64,000 nt of DNA from Anthoceros angustus (GCA_010909165.1 MU008180.1:929884-993883), one strand, 5' to 3'. Counted from the stretch's first letter, positions 36,450-48,932 are shown. A program made the numbers and translations. The notes: a model not told the origin generated them from the letters alone.

Positions 36450-39400
36450 AAGGCCAGGCTACTCCCATGCCCTCATTCATATTCTTCTCGCATGCATTCC
36501 CCGTGCCTACTTCCATATCTGGGCACTTGTGTATATGTTCCCCGTGCCTACTTCCACATATGGGCACTTGTGTATATGTTTGAACATATATGCCGTAGCA
36601 TGTCTGGCTTGACCGCCTCACTAAACACATCACATCCCCTCTCCGCGTTTCTCCACTTTTGACAAGCACCCAATAAAGTATGCCATACTCCAACGTTAGG
36701 CAGTACTAGCTTTGTCTCTGTCTTAGCTACAGCTAGTGCATCGTTCAGTTGTCCTTCACGACCAAGGAGGTTTACCCTGCCTGTGTAAAGGTCCACACTG
36801 GGCATGATGCCACAACTTTTGCTCCTAGTGTCAAAGTACTCTCGCCCCCTATTCACTAGACCTTTGTGGCTACATACTGCTAGGACACTCAGGAGTGTGA
36901 CACCATCCGGCTTGATGCCGTCCTCACTCATCCTAACAACGAAGTCAAAGATGTTTTCACCGTCTCCTTGTCGGGAGTATGCTGCAATGAGTGCATTCCA
37001 GGTGGCAACATTTCTTTCCTGCAATGCCTCAAACAGCTGTTGTGCATCACCCGTACTGCCGCATTTTCCACACATACTCATCAAACTGCCAGCTACAAGC
37101 ACATCAGCTTCAAGTCCTGGCTCTTTAATCTGTGCATGAAGCTGCCTTCCAAAATCCAAAGCTGCGACAGCTGCACAAGCCTGGAGAAGGCAAACAAATG
37201 TCACAGAATCCAGTACAACAATGCCTTCTTGTTGCATAGCACTGTAGAGACTAATTGCTTCCTGCCCCATGCCCTGCTGGGATATCCTGCTATCATGGCA
37301 TTCCATGTCACCACATTCTTCTCCCCAGTCCATCAAACAGGGCCTGAGCCTCCTTCAGGCTGCCACAGTTTGCATACATGTTGACCAGACTGCTCGCCAG
37401 AAATACATCAGCTTGAAAACCTCGTTCTCTGATTGTGCATCAAGCTGCCTCCAGTGTTCCAACGCCAGGGGGCCCACACTTGCACAAGCCTGGAGGAGGC
37501 ACATATGGTCACAGCACTGGGTTCAGCCATGCATTCTCATTGCATGTCACTGAGAAGATCAAGGGTTTCCAACCCCATCCCTGCTGGCAAAACCCTGCTT
37601 TCATGGAATTCCATGTCACCATATCGTTCTGAGGAAGTCCATCGAACATTTTCTTAGCATCTTCTAGGCTGCTGCACTTTGCATACATGTTCATCAAGCT
37701 GTTGGCCACAACCACATCAGCCTGAAGACCTTGTTCTCTAATTGCTGCATGGAGTTGCTTCCCCTGCTCCAAAGCTGGAGAGCCTAAACTTGCACATGAC
37801 TGCAGGAGGCACACAAAGGACACACTGTTGGGTTGAGAGATTCCCTCTTCTTGCATAGCCTTATAAAGACAGAGAGCTTCCATCCCCATGCGCTGCTGGG
37901 AATATCCCGCTATCATGGCATTCCATGTCACCACATTCTTCTCCCCCAGTCCATCAAACAGGGCCCGAGCCTCCTTCAGGCTGCCACAGTTTGCATACAT
38001 GTCAACCAAACTGCTAGCGACAAACACATCAGCTCAAAGCCCTTGTTCTCTAATTGATGCATGGAGTTGCTTCCCTTTCTCCAACGCTGGAGTGCCTAAA
38101 CTTGCACATGAAACAGGAAAGTCATAGAAACAGGTACAATGGCATTTTCCATTTGCATAACCCTGTAGAGATCAATCCCCTTCTGAGAATATCCTGCAAT
38201 CATGGCATTCCAGGTGAGCACTTTTTTTTGACTTAGTCCCTGGAACACACACAGAGCATCCTCTTACCTACCCCTTTTCGCATATATGTTCACCAGGCTC
38301 CCACCTACAACAACTTCAGCCTGAAGTCCTTGTTCTCTAATCTGCTCATGAAGCTGCCTCCCAGCCTCCAAACTAGCGGTGCCCACACTGACACGTGCCT
38401 GCAGGAAGTACACAAATGTCACAGAATTCGGCATAATGATGCCTTCTTCTTGCATAGCTTTGTAAAGGCAAAGCGCATCCCCACCCATGCCCTGCTGAGA
38501 ATACCCTGCTATCAAGGCACTCCATTCAACCACATTTCTTTGACAAAGTCCGTCGAACACACCCTGCACATCCTCTAGGTTGCCACACTTTGCATACATG
38601 TATACCAAGCTGTTGGCAACAGAAGCTTCGTCCTGTAGTCCTTGTTCTCTAATTTGTGCGTGAAGCTCCTTGCCCTCTCCAAACCTGGGAGGCCCACACT
38701 TGCACATGCCTGCCGGAGGGATGCAAATGTCACAGAATCAGGTAAAGATATGGCTTTTTCTCTCATATCCCTGTAGAGATCTAGGGCCTCTTGGCCCATG
38801 CCCTGCTGGGAATGTCCTGCTATGATAGCACTCCATGTCATCACATTCTTTTTTCCAAATCCCTCAAATACAGCCCGAGCATCCTCTAGGCTGCCACACT
38901 TTGCGTACATCTTTACCAGGCTCTCTCCTACAACTATGTCCGCCAGAAAACCTCGTTTTTCAATTTCAGCATGAAATTGCTTCCCCTTCTCCAGAGCCTG
39001 AGTCCCCATGGTTGCACATGCCTGCAGGAGGGAAACGAAGGCCGCACTATTGGGTAGAAGAATGCCCTCTTCTTGCACAGCACTGTAGAGAAGAAGCGCT
39101 CCCTGCCCCATGCCCTGCTGGGAATATGCTGCTATCATGGCATTCCAAGCCACAACATTCTTTTGACCAAGACCATTAAACACGCCCTGAGCATCCTCCA
39201 GGCTGCCGCACTTTATATACATGCTCACCAAGCCGTTGGCCACTAAAATATCAGCCTCAAGTCCTCCTTTTATAATTTGTGAATGAAGGTGCCTCCCCCT
39301 CTCCAAAGCCGAGATGCCCACACCTGCACATACTTTCAACAGGCACACAAATGTCACCAAATTAGGTGAAGCCGGACCTTCCTTTTGCATAGCGTCGTAA

Positions 39401-40771
39401 AGAAGAAGGGCCTCCTGCCCCATGCCCTGCTGGGCGTATCCGGCTATCGTGGCACTCCATGTCACCACATTTTTTCGAACAAGTCTGTCAAATAGGCCTC
39501 GAGCCTCCTCTAGGCTGCCACAATTTGCATATATGTCCACCAAACTGGTAGCAAGAACTACATCAGCCTGAAGTCCTCTTCCTCTAATTTGTGCATGAAT
39601 CTATTTCCCCTCCTCCAAAGCTGAGCTGCCCACACTTGCGCATGCTTGCAAAAGGCATACGAAAGTCACAGGATCAGGTGCTATGCAACCTTCTTGCATA
39701 ACTCTGAGAAGACGAAGGGCCTGCTGGCCCATGCCCTGCTGGGAATATCCTGATAGCATGGCGTTCCACGTTACCACTTTCTTTTGCCTAAGTCCATCAA
39801 ACACGCCTCGATCATCCTCCAGACTACCACACTTTGTATACATGTTCACCAAGCTCCCGCATAAACCAACATCAGCCTGAAGTCCTCGTTCTCCTATCTG
39901 TGCATGAAGCTGCCTACCATTCTCCAAAGCTGAGACACCCATACTTGCACATGCCTGCAGAAGGCAAATGAATGTCACAGAATTAGGTGCAGTCACGCCA
40001 TCTTCTTGCATAGCACTGTAAAACCGAAGGGCTTCCTGATCCATGCCCTGCTGGGAATATCCTCCAATCATGGCATTCCAAGTCACAACATCCTTCTGAG
40101 GTAGCCCGTCAAAGACCATTGAAGCGTCCTCCAAGCTACCGCACTTGGCATACATGTCCACCAAGCTGCTACACACAAACAAGTCAGGCTCAATGCCACT
40201 AGCAAAGACATCGGTATGCACCTGCTTCCCAGATTTCAAGTCTCCCCACCCACACGTCCATAGCTTCTTGCAACCTGCGATGAGAAGCATACCTTCGGAG
40301 GATGTGGTTGCGCAGGAACGTGTCCGTTTCATACCCCTTCTTCAAGGTGAGAGCATGAACACGGCGAGCCAAAGCCAGAGCCAGATCCTTCTTAGCCACA
40401 CATTCTTTTAGGACCGTATAAAACAGAGATTCGGAGATGTCAGCTTGGGTGTTCACAAGAGCTCCCAGAGCCTCAAATGTCTCAGCGAGCTGCCCCTGCT
40501 GACATGACTTGCTCACGGTTTCAGCTGTGATCTCTCTTCCGTATCCGGCATGTCTGCGAGGGTAAAAATCATGGGGAACGATAGAGTTGGATGTACGGGC
40601 ACAACCACGCATGTGCACGTTCAGAGCAGCCACCCCACAAGTTGACGTGTTGAATTCGTCGAACCGCAGGTTATCCTGAGGCTCCCTTGGCCGGGGATCA
40701 GGGGAAGAGCAGCTCTCTTGATGGTTGCTGTCCCGCCACAGGATGGGATCCGAAGAAAATTGTCGCCACAA
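36450..40771 (-). pseudogene. PLS-class PPR RNA-editing factor pseudogene (inverted paralog of 41207-45432)
   Basis: At least six ORF fragments with SLVNMYAKCGSLEDA / VVTWNAMIAGYSQQG / SVTFVCLLQAC repeats and E-domain VWHTLLGACQKW, broken by stops, frameshifts and deletions. N-terminus (TAETV...QQGQL...SLFYTVLKECV) closely matches the + strand gene. Confidence 0.88.
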
Positions 40772-41206
40772 GAGATCCTAGTTGTTGGAAGATGCCTCTC
40801 CAGCCAGACATCCTTTTGCTGCGAAGGTGCTGCACCTCGCGCCATCGTTGTTTGCCAACACTTTGTCCCAAGAACCCCTTCCTCGGACGCCCGGCGCCCT
40901 CCAAACAGCCATGGGCCGCAGGAGAATGCAGAATGCGTGCGAGGTGGATCAAATTTGAAGCTTTGAAGTTTGCCAATGGTAGTTCCTGAAGGATCAGACT
41001 ATTTTTTATTGCGACTTGACAAGGAGCAGACTTGATTAACAGGTACATGCCACCGCCAATCGAGGCGAGAATCGGAATCTCATCCAAGGGATAGCAAATG
41101 TTTGTGATATTTCTTCAGGACAGAGGAAGACTTCCCGGACACCCGTGACTTCTGGGAGCGAATCATTTGGAAAGAATCGAATCGCCGGGTCGGCGTGCTT
41201 GTATGC

Positions 41207-44200
41207 ATGCAAGCTCATCCAAGCAGATGTCTGGCTGGCGACGGAAAATTCTGGCGAGTTTTCCCGGATAACAAGCCACAGAAGAGGAGCTGCCGCTCCG
41301 GAGTCCCAAGAGTTCCTCTGGTTGAACGGCTTTTACGAGCTAGCTTGGTGGATATGCAGCAGGCTCTGAATGTTCCGATGGGTCGTGTTCAACCTGCATC
41401 CAACTGGGGTGTACCAGATGATCGTGACCCTGGCAGGCCTGCAGGGGGCATGACGGCTGAAACTGTGGACAAGCTAGTTCAGCAGGGTCAGCTGGTTGAG
41501 GCCGTCGAGGCTTTGGGAGTTCTGGTGTACATGGACTGCCGTATTGCCAAATCTCTCTTTTACACAGTCCTAAAAGAATGTGTAGGTAAGGAAGGTCTGT
41601 CTCTGGGTCGCCGTGTTCATGCCCTCAGCGTGAAGAATGGGCAGGAATCAGACACGTTCTTGTGCAACCACATTTTGCGAATGTATGCTTCCCATGCGAA
41701 GTTACAAGAAGCTATGGATGTGTTCACTATGGTTGCCGAACCAGATGCCTTCATGTGGTCATCTATAATATCTGCGTACGTTAAGCATGGTGAGGATAAA
41801 CAGGCCATACAACTGTATCATCGGATGCGGAGGTCCAGTGTGAAGCCAGATGGCCATGTGTTTGTAGCAGCCCTTCAGGCTTGTGCAAGGGGAGCAGACT
41901 TGCATTGTGGCCAGCAGGTGCATGCTGATGTTTTGGCTAGTGGAATTCAGCATAATGTGTTTGTTGGTAGCTGCTTGGTGGACATGTACGCAAAGTGTGG
42001 CAGCTTGAAAGAAGCGCAAAAAGTGTTTGACGGGCTTCGTCAGAAAAATGTGGTGACGTGGAGTGCCATGATAGCAGGATGTGCTCAGGAGGGCAAGGGG
42101 GAGGAAGCCTTTCATGTATACAGGGCTATGCAAGAAGAAGGCATCGTTACACCCAATTCTGTGACGTTTGTGTGTCTCCTGCAGGCTTGTGCAACTGTAG
42201 GTCCCTCAGCTCTGGAGGAGGGAAAGCATCTTCATGCGCAGATTAGGGAACGAGGTCTTCAGGGTGACGTAGCTGTAGGTGGGAGCCTGGTAAATATGTA
42301 TGCAAAGTGTGGCAGCCTAGAGGATGCTCGCCGCATATTTGACGGACTTGCTGAAAAAACTTTATTGACTTGGAATGTCATGATAGCAGGATATTCCCAG
42401 GAGGGCATCGGGAAGGAAGCCCTTGATCTGTACAGGGCTATGCAGGAGGAAGGGGTGGCCAAGCCCAATTCTGTGACATTTGTGTGCCTCCTGCAGGCAT
42501 GTGCAAGCGTCGGCACCTTGGTTTTGGAGGAGGGTAAAAAGCTTCATGCACACATTAAACAACAAGGACTTCAGGCTGACGTAGCTGTAGGTGGGAGCCT
42601 GATAAACATGTATGCTAAATGTGGCAGTCTGGAAGATGCTCGGGGCTTGTTTGATGAACTCGATTTAAAAAATGTGGTGACGTGGAATGCCATGATAGCT
42701 GGATATTCCCAGCAAGGTATGGGGCAGGAAGCCCTTGCTGTTTACAGGGCAATGCAAGAAGGTGGCATGGCTGCACCCGATTCTGTAACATTTGTTTGCC
42801 TTCTGCAAGCTTGTGCTTTGGGCACCCTCTCCTTGGAGGAGGGGAAGCAGCTCCATGCACAGATTAGAGAACGAGGGCTTCAGTCTGACGTAGTTCTGGG
42901 TGGGAGCCTGGTAAACATGTATGCAAAATGCGGCAGCCTAGAAGATGCTCGGGGCGTGTTTGACGGACTTGGTCAAAAAAGCGTGGTGACATGGGGTGCC
43001 ATGATAGCAGGGTATTCACAGAAGGGCATGGGGCAAGAAGCCCTTGGTCTTTACAGGGCTATGCAAAAAGAAGACATGGCCGTAGCTGATTCTGTGATAT
43101 TTGTGAGCCTCCTGCAGGCATGTGCAAATCTGGGCACCCCGGCTTTGGAGAATGGGATGCAGCTTCATGCACACATTAGAGAACGAGGACTTCATGCTGA
43201 TATAGCTGTAGGTGGGAGCCTGGTGAACATGTACGCAAAGTGCGGCAGCATACGGGATGCTTGGGGGGTGTTTGATGGACTTGGGCAAAAGAATGTAGTG
43301 ACCTGGAATGCCATGATAGCCGGATGTTCCCAGCGGGGCATGGAACAAGAAGCCTTTTCTCTTTACAGGGCTATGCTACAAGACGGGCAGGCTGTACCTG
43401 ATTCTGTTACATTCGTATGCCTCCTGCAGGCGTGCGCAAATGTGGGCACCCCAGCTTTGGAGACGGGCAAGCAGCTTCATGCACAGACTAGAGATCAAGG
43501 ACTTGACGCTAATGCAGTTGTAGGTGGGAGCCTGGTAAACATGTATGCAAAGTGCGGCAGCCTAAAGGATGCTCAGGACGTGTTTAATGGACTGAGTCAA
43601 AAGAATGCAGTGACTTGGAATGCCATAATAGCAGGACATTCCCAGCAGGGCCTGGGGCAGGATGCTCTTCGTCTTTACAGGGCTATGCTACAAGACGGGC
43701 AGGCTGTACCTGATTCTGTTACATTCGTATGCCTCCTGCAGGCGTGCGCAAATGTGGGCACCCAGCTTTGGAGACGGGCAAGCAGCTTCATGCACAGACT
43801 AGAGATCAAGGACTTGACGCTAATGCAGTTGTAGGTGGGAGCCTGGTAAACATGTATGCAAAGTGCGGCAGCATACGGGATGCTTGGGGGGTGTTTGATG
43901 GACTTGGGCAAAAGAATGTAGTGACCTGGAATGCCATGATAGCCGGATGTTCCCAGCGGGGCATGGAACAAGAAGCCTTTTCTCTTTACAGGGCTATGCT
44001 ACAAGACGGGCAGGCTGTACCTGATTCTGTTACATTCGTATGCCTCCTGCAGGCGTGCGCAAATGTGGGCACCCCAGCTTTGGAGACGGGCAAGCAGCTT
44101 CATGCACAGACTAGAGATCAAGGACTTGACGCTAATGCAGTTGTAGGTGGGAGCCTGGTAAACATGTATGCAAAGTGCGGCAGCCTAAAGGATGCTCAGG

Positions 44201-45432
44201 ACGTGTTTAATGGACTGAGTCAAAAGAATGCAGTGACTTGGAATGCCATAATAGCAGGACATTCCCAGCAGGGCCTGGGGCAGGATGCTCTTCGTCTTTA
44301 CGGGGCTATGCTAGAAGAAGGAGAGGCTGCCCCCAATTCGGTGACATTCATGTGGCTTCTTCAGGCATGTGCAAGTGTTGCAGCTCTGCATCTTGGAAGG
44401 CAACTTCATGCACAGATTAAGGAACGAGGGCTTGAAGCAGACGTGCTTCTAGCTGGCACTCTGATAGACATGTACGGAAAGTGTGGTAGCATGGTCGATG
44501 CCCAGCGGGTCTTTGAGGCACTTCCCGAAAGAGATGTTGTGGCCTGGAGTGCGCTAATTGCAGGATACACCCGTCAAGGAGACAGTGCCAAGGTCTTCGA
44601 CTTGATTGTCAGAATGAGAGAGGCCGGCATACAGCCAGATAGCATCACATTCCTTAATGTGCTGACGGTATGCAGTCACACGGGTCTAGTGAACAAGGGG
44701 CGAGAGTACTTTGAGGCTATGAGCAGACACTACGGCATCATGCCCACTGTGGAGCACTACACGTGCATGGTGGATCTCCTGGGACGTCTAGGCCAACTGG
44801 ACGAATCACTAGCCCTAGTGCGCACAATGCCTGTACTGCCTGATCGTGCAGTTTGGAGCACCTTATTGGGTGCTTGTCAAAAGTGGAGCAACGTGGAGTT
44901 GGGACGTCATGCTTTTGATGAAGCAGTGAAGCTAGACAAAAGAGATGCTGCAGCGTACGTACTGATGTCCAACATATATACTGGTGCGCAGTTGTGGGAG
45001 GAGGCACAGGAGTTGCAGGCAAGGAGAAGAGGGATTGGGGCATGGAAGCAGCCAGGCCAGAGCTGGTGGACGGACATGGACGGCCTGGTGCATAGTTTTT
45101 CGGTTAGGGATAAGAACCATCTCGAGAGTGAAGCAAGGCTAAAGCAAGTGCTCCCTAAAGCAAACAAAGTAAACAAAGAAGGCTGCGTGCCACATCTGGA
45201 ATCGTCACTTGCAGACATGTCTGATGATACAAGGGAGCTTCTGGTGTGCGCGCACAGCGAGAAGCTGCCTATCTCATTTTCTCTAAACAAGACACCCAAG
45301 GACCCAAATGCATGTAGTTTCACATCAGTCGGTTGCAACACTTGGACTAATTTGTTTGTAGCATCGGCAAATCAATCTTTGCGCACTCAACAAAATGCTG
45401 TCGCGCAACTGACTGCAACGATCGAAGGCTGA
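41207..45432 (+). CDS. Long PLS-class PPR protein with E1/E2 and truncated DYW:WW domain; one frameshift at 43761-43763
   Basis: About ten 104-aa P-L-S triplets, then P2/L2/S2, E1/E2, PG box AWKQPGQSWW and CAHSEKL; no CxxC or DYW end. ORFs 41195-43834 and 43729-45432 join if CCC at 43761 is read as CCCC. Confidence 0.88.
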
Positions 45433-46168
45433 CAAAAAATCACGCGGGTGCAGCACCCAGTCGGCCAAGAACACCTTTTACATGGCGAGCATAGCGGCTG
45501 GAGTTCCTGCGATGCCAGGCATCCACATGGAATTAGGCTAACAGAAACGAAGCTTCCGTTCAGATCAGTCCTGGAATAGTGAATTTATAATGAATTTATA
45601 GTGAATTTATATCGCACATTTTATTTCCACAGGCGGTCCCATAGGACGTCTACCACAAGCAGGCCCAGAGGGCTTTTTATAACAGACGGTCCCGTAGGTC
45701 CATGAAATGGGGATAGGTGGCACCTCATCTTAGCACTGACGTTTGATTTGATTCGGGAGTTCTAAAAATTTCATGTCTAGATTTTGAGTTGTAATGAACT
45801 TGTGTCTGGATTTCACTCATGGATTATATTAAGATGTTACTCTTGGGCATCTCTTGGACTATATTAATACATATGTATTGTCTTACGTCCCTAATCTAAA
45901 ATGATTAAAACTCTTAAATAATAAAGAAAACTTTAGATGAATAAAAAATTCTATGTAGAAAACATGAACCAAAAAATATTCTTTAGGGCTGTATTGTTAG
46001 CTTCAACCCACTCCAACCAAAAAAAATCTTTTCAGGTCCACTAAGGATGGGATTTCCGTAGTTGGAGCATTTTGGTTTCTGGGGTATTTGCACCAGGGGT
46101 ATTCCCTTCATGCACCCCATCCATCTACCGGTTTAAGCGTAAGGAGCATAACAGGGGCAATGAGTATG

Positions 46169-47407
46169 CTATATACGCCGCCGCTTATTTCCACGACTAT
46201 TAGAGATTTCATCACAACCAATTTCTTTAATTCTTTTAATATCTTTAGTGTCCTTCTTCTTTCGTAATTCCTCGGAAATTTCATGACAATCAATTTCTTT
46301 AATTCTTTCACCATCTTTAGTGTCCTTCTTTCCTAATTTCTTAACCTTGATTACTTTAGCTTCCTTCGTCCGCGGCTTATTTTCACTATTGATAGGCATT
46401 TCATCTGAACTAACTCTTTTTAAAGCTTTACAATTCATCTTCTCTTTAGTGTTCTTCTCCTCTTGTAATTTCTTAACCTTGATGACTTTAGCTTCCTTGG
46501 TCCGCGGCTTATTTTCACTATTGATAGGCATTTCATCAGAACTAACTCTTATTAAAGCTTTACAATTCATCTTCTCTTTGGTGTTCTTCTCCTCTTGTAA
46601 TTTCTTAACCTCGATAACCTTAGCTTTCTTCTTTTGTCGTAATTCCTCAATAAGCTTGGCAGCTTCCTTCTTTTGTCGCAATTCCTCAATTTTTATTTTC
46701 TCTGGAAAATCCTCAATTTTCTCTTTTTGCATGATAAGCTTGGCAGCTTCCTTCTTTTGTCGCAATACCTCAATTTTTATTTTCTCTGGAAAATCCTCAA
46801 TTTTCTCTTTTTGCATGTCCTGAAGAATTTGCATCTTGACCTTAAATGCCTCAGCTTTGTATTTTTGTCGTTTTTCCACAGAACGCAACATTCGGTAGAG
46901 AGCATTTACTGTCAATGGGAATGGCCCATTATTTAAAGACAATCTGAATCTATGATAAGATTCTGGCAACTTTTGGAGAATGAAATTTATTTTTGTCGCC
47001 TCAGTAAATGGTTTACCAACACTTTGTATATCATCCATAATAGAAGAAAATTCCTTTATAAACTCCCTGATAGATTGCAAGGGTTTCATCTTCAAATTAT
47101 AGAGTCGCGCTAATACCTTGTGTCTATAGGTAGAACGCAGAGCACTCCAAACTTCTGCGGAAGTCTTCTTTCCAATAATTTGACCATTACACTGATTCTC
47201 AATTGACGAAGTCAAGAAGTCATAAGCCTTGTCTTCTTTCTTTTGCCAATCAGCTTGTTCAACAGTACCTTGTCTTGGACATACCTCATTACCATTAATA
47301 ACAGCCCATTCATTTGTGAGAAAAGCTCGGACCTCAAGTTGCCACGCTGGAAAATTATTCCCATTATACTTGGGAACACAATACATAACATTATTATCCA
47401 AAGCCAT
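46169..47407 (-). mobile_element. Ty1/Copia-derived gag-only ORF (412 aa) with K/E-rich tandem repeats
   Basis: PKYNGNNFPAW, WQKKEDKAY, TSAEVWSALRSTY, L.NLKM...SIREFI.EF, IL..LPESY are Copia gag (UBN2-like) motifs. No CCHC knuckle, protease, integrase or RT follows. Internal 84-bp and 129-bp duplications. Confidence 0.8.
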
Positions 47408-47549
47408 TAAGAAAAAGTAATAAGACTAGGTACTCTTAAAAATATAGATAACGATACTTATAGAGTAAGTAGAGTAGGGCTTTTCTTAAAGATGTCTTAT
47501 AGTAGATGGGTCACACCATCTCTACTAGTTCTGTATAATATATATATAT

Positions 47550-47978
47550 AGTAAGGAACCATGCATGAGAGGCTTGCAAGCTTGGGATTTAAGTTAGTAA
47601 GAACGAGGTTAGTGGGAAAAGTAAGCCTTTCTATTTAAGGTGAACCCTAGAAATTCATTCTAGCACTTGCATCCCACTCTTATTGAGCATAAGATTGGGG
47701 TGTCTAGATGCTATGGGAGCCTAGAGTGTGTACCTAGAAAGGAGTTGTGACGAGGAGACCGAGGGGAAAGAGCTATGCACCTAGCTGGGGCAAAGATAAG
47801 GAGCTCTATCTGATCTCTCATGTACTCTTGCTATAGTAAAGAGCAGCAATAGAGGTGCTGCCTGCGAGCTGTCGTATGGAAGGACGGTGGGCTACTTGGA
47901 GGCCTAGTGCTGGCATCTAGTGTGTATTGTTGCTCTTAACCAGGTGCTTGCCTTCCTTGCAAGAAAGGGGGTGTTACT
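47550..47978. mobile_element. Putative solo LTR (429 bp) with AGTAA...TTACT termini and TATAT target-site duplication
   Basis: Begins AGTAAGGAACC and ends GGGGGTGTTACT; TATAT at 47545-47549 and 47979-47983; internal TATA-like CTATTTAAG at ~47631. Confidence 0.6.
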
Positions 47979-48932
47979 TATATTTTATATAGGGGTTGAA
48001 TATTCGTAACCTAGAGTGTACTAGGTCGAAGTTGAATATGCCTAGTTTAAAATCTACTTATAGCGATAACTCCATATAGTATACCAATAGCCATTAAAAA
48101 AGAAAATATAGTACATAATTACTTATAAGAGGATTCGGTATAATGGTTCTATTTACTTGACTACCTAGTAGATGTGACCATCTTTTACCTACTCGTGATG
48201 TGTGAGCCGTTGAAGGTGGGGTGGTGGTCGAACGTCCCTGGTGATCGATTCATCGACTTTGTGGCTTCTATAGACTGTTCATATGCTCTTATCGGCTTTG
48301 GACGAGAATTTCAGTCCTATTTCGGAAGATCGCGTTGTGCTTGATAGTGCTTGATTGAACCCGCAGTCGTTCCGAGCTTTGCTCGTCGACATACGCTCCT
48401 CCTTAAGGGAAGTGGTATAATTCCTCGGCCTGGCAGTGAAGGTCTGTCTTCCTGCTGGGATTCGTTTGGCTCTCGTTTTCAGTTCTAAGTAGCTCCCTTT
48501 GTATCCGGCGGTAATTCGTCATTCTTACTCTAATAGACCTCTCGCTGCAGTTCACGAACATATACAACAGGAGTTTGTAGGACTCCGCGGACAGGCTGGA
48601 CTCATGGAAGCGAAATGTTCGGAAACCAGTGCTGAAACCGTGGAGGACCTTCATGCTTCCAAATCACTTTGTTATGCAGTCCGGAAACCCTGTGTACGGT
48701 GTACTCATTCCGTGTTGTTCATATCCTGCCGGGAACGTCCCAGTTTTTCGCATATTTCACCAACTCAGGGGCCAGGTCGCTTTAAGTCTGTCCTTTCACG
48801 CTTATGAAGTAAGGTCCCTTTGCATGACCTGGATTTCATGATCTCGCCGTCGTGGATTTGGAGACACTGCACACGACAATGGCATCGTGCCATGTTTTTC
48901 GATAGGACTTCATGGACGGAAGCATGAAGGAT

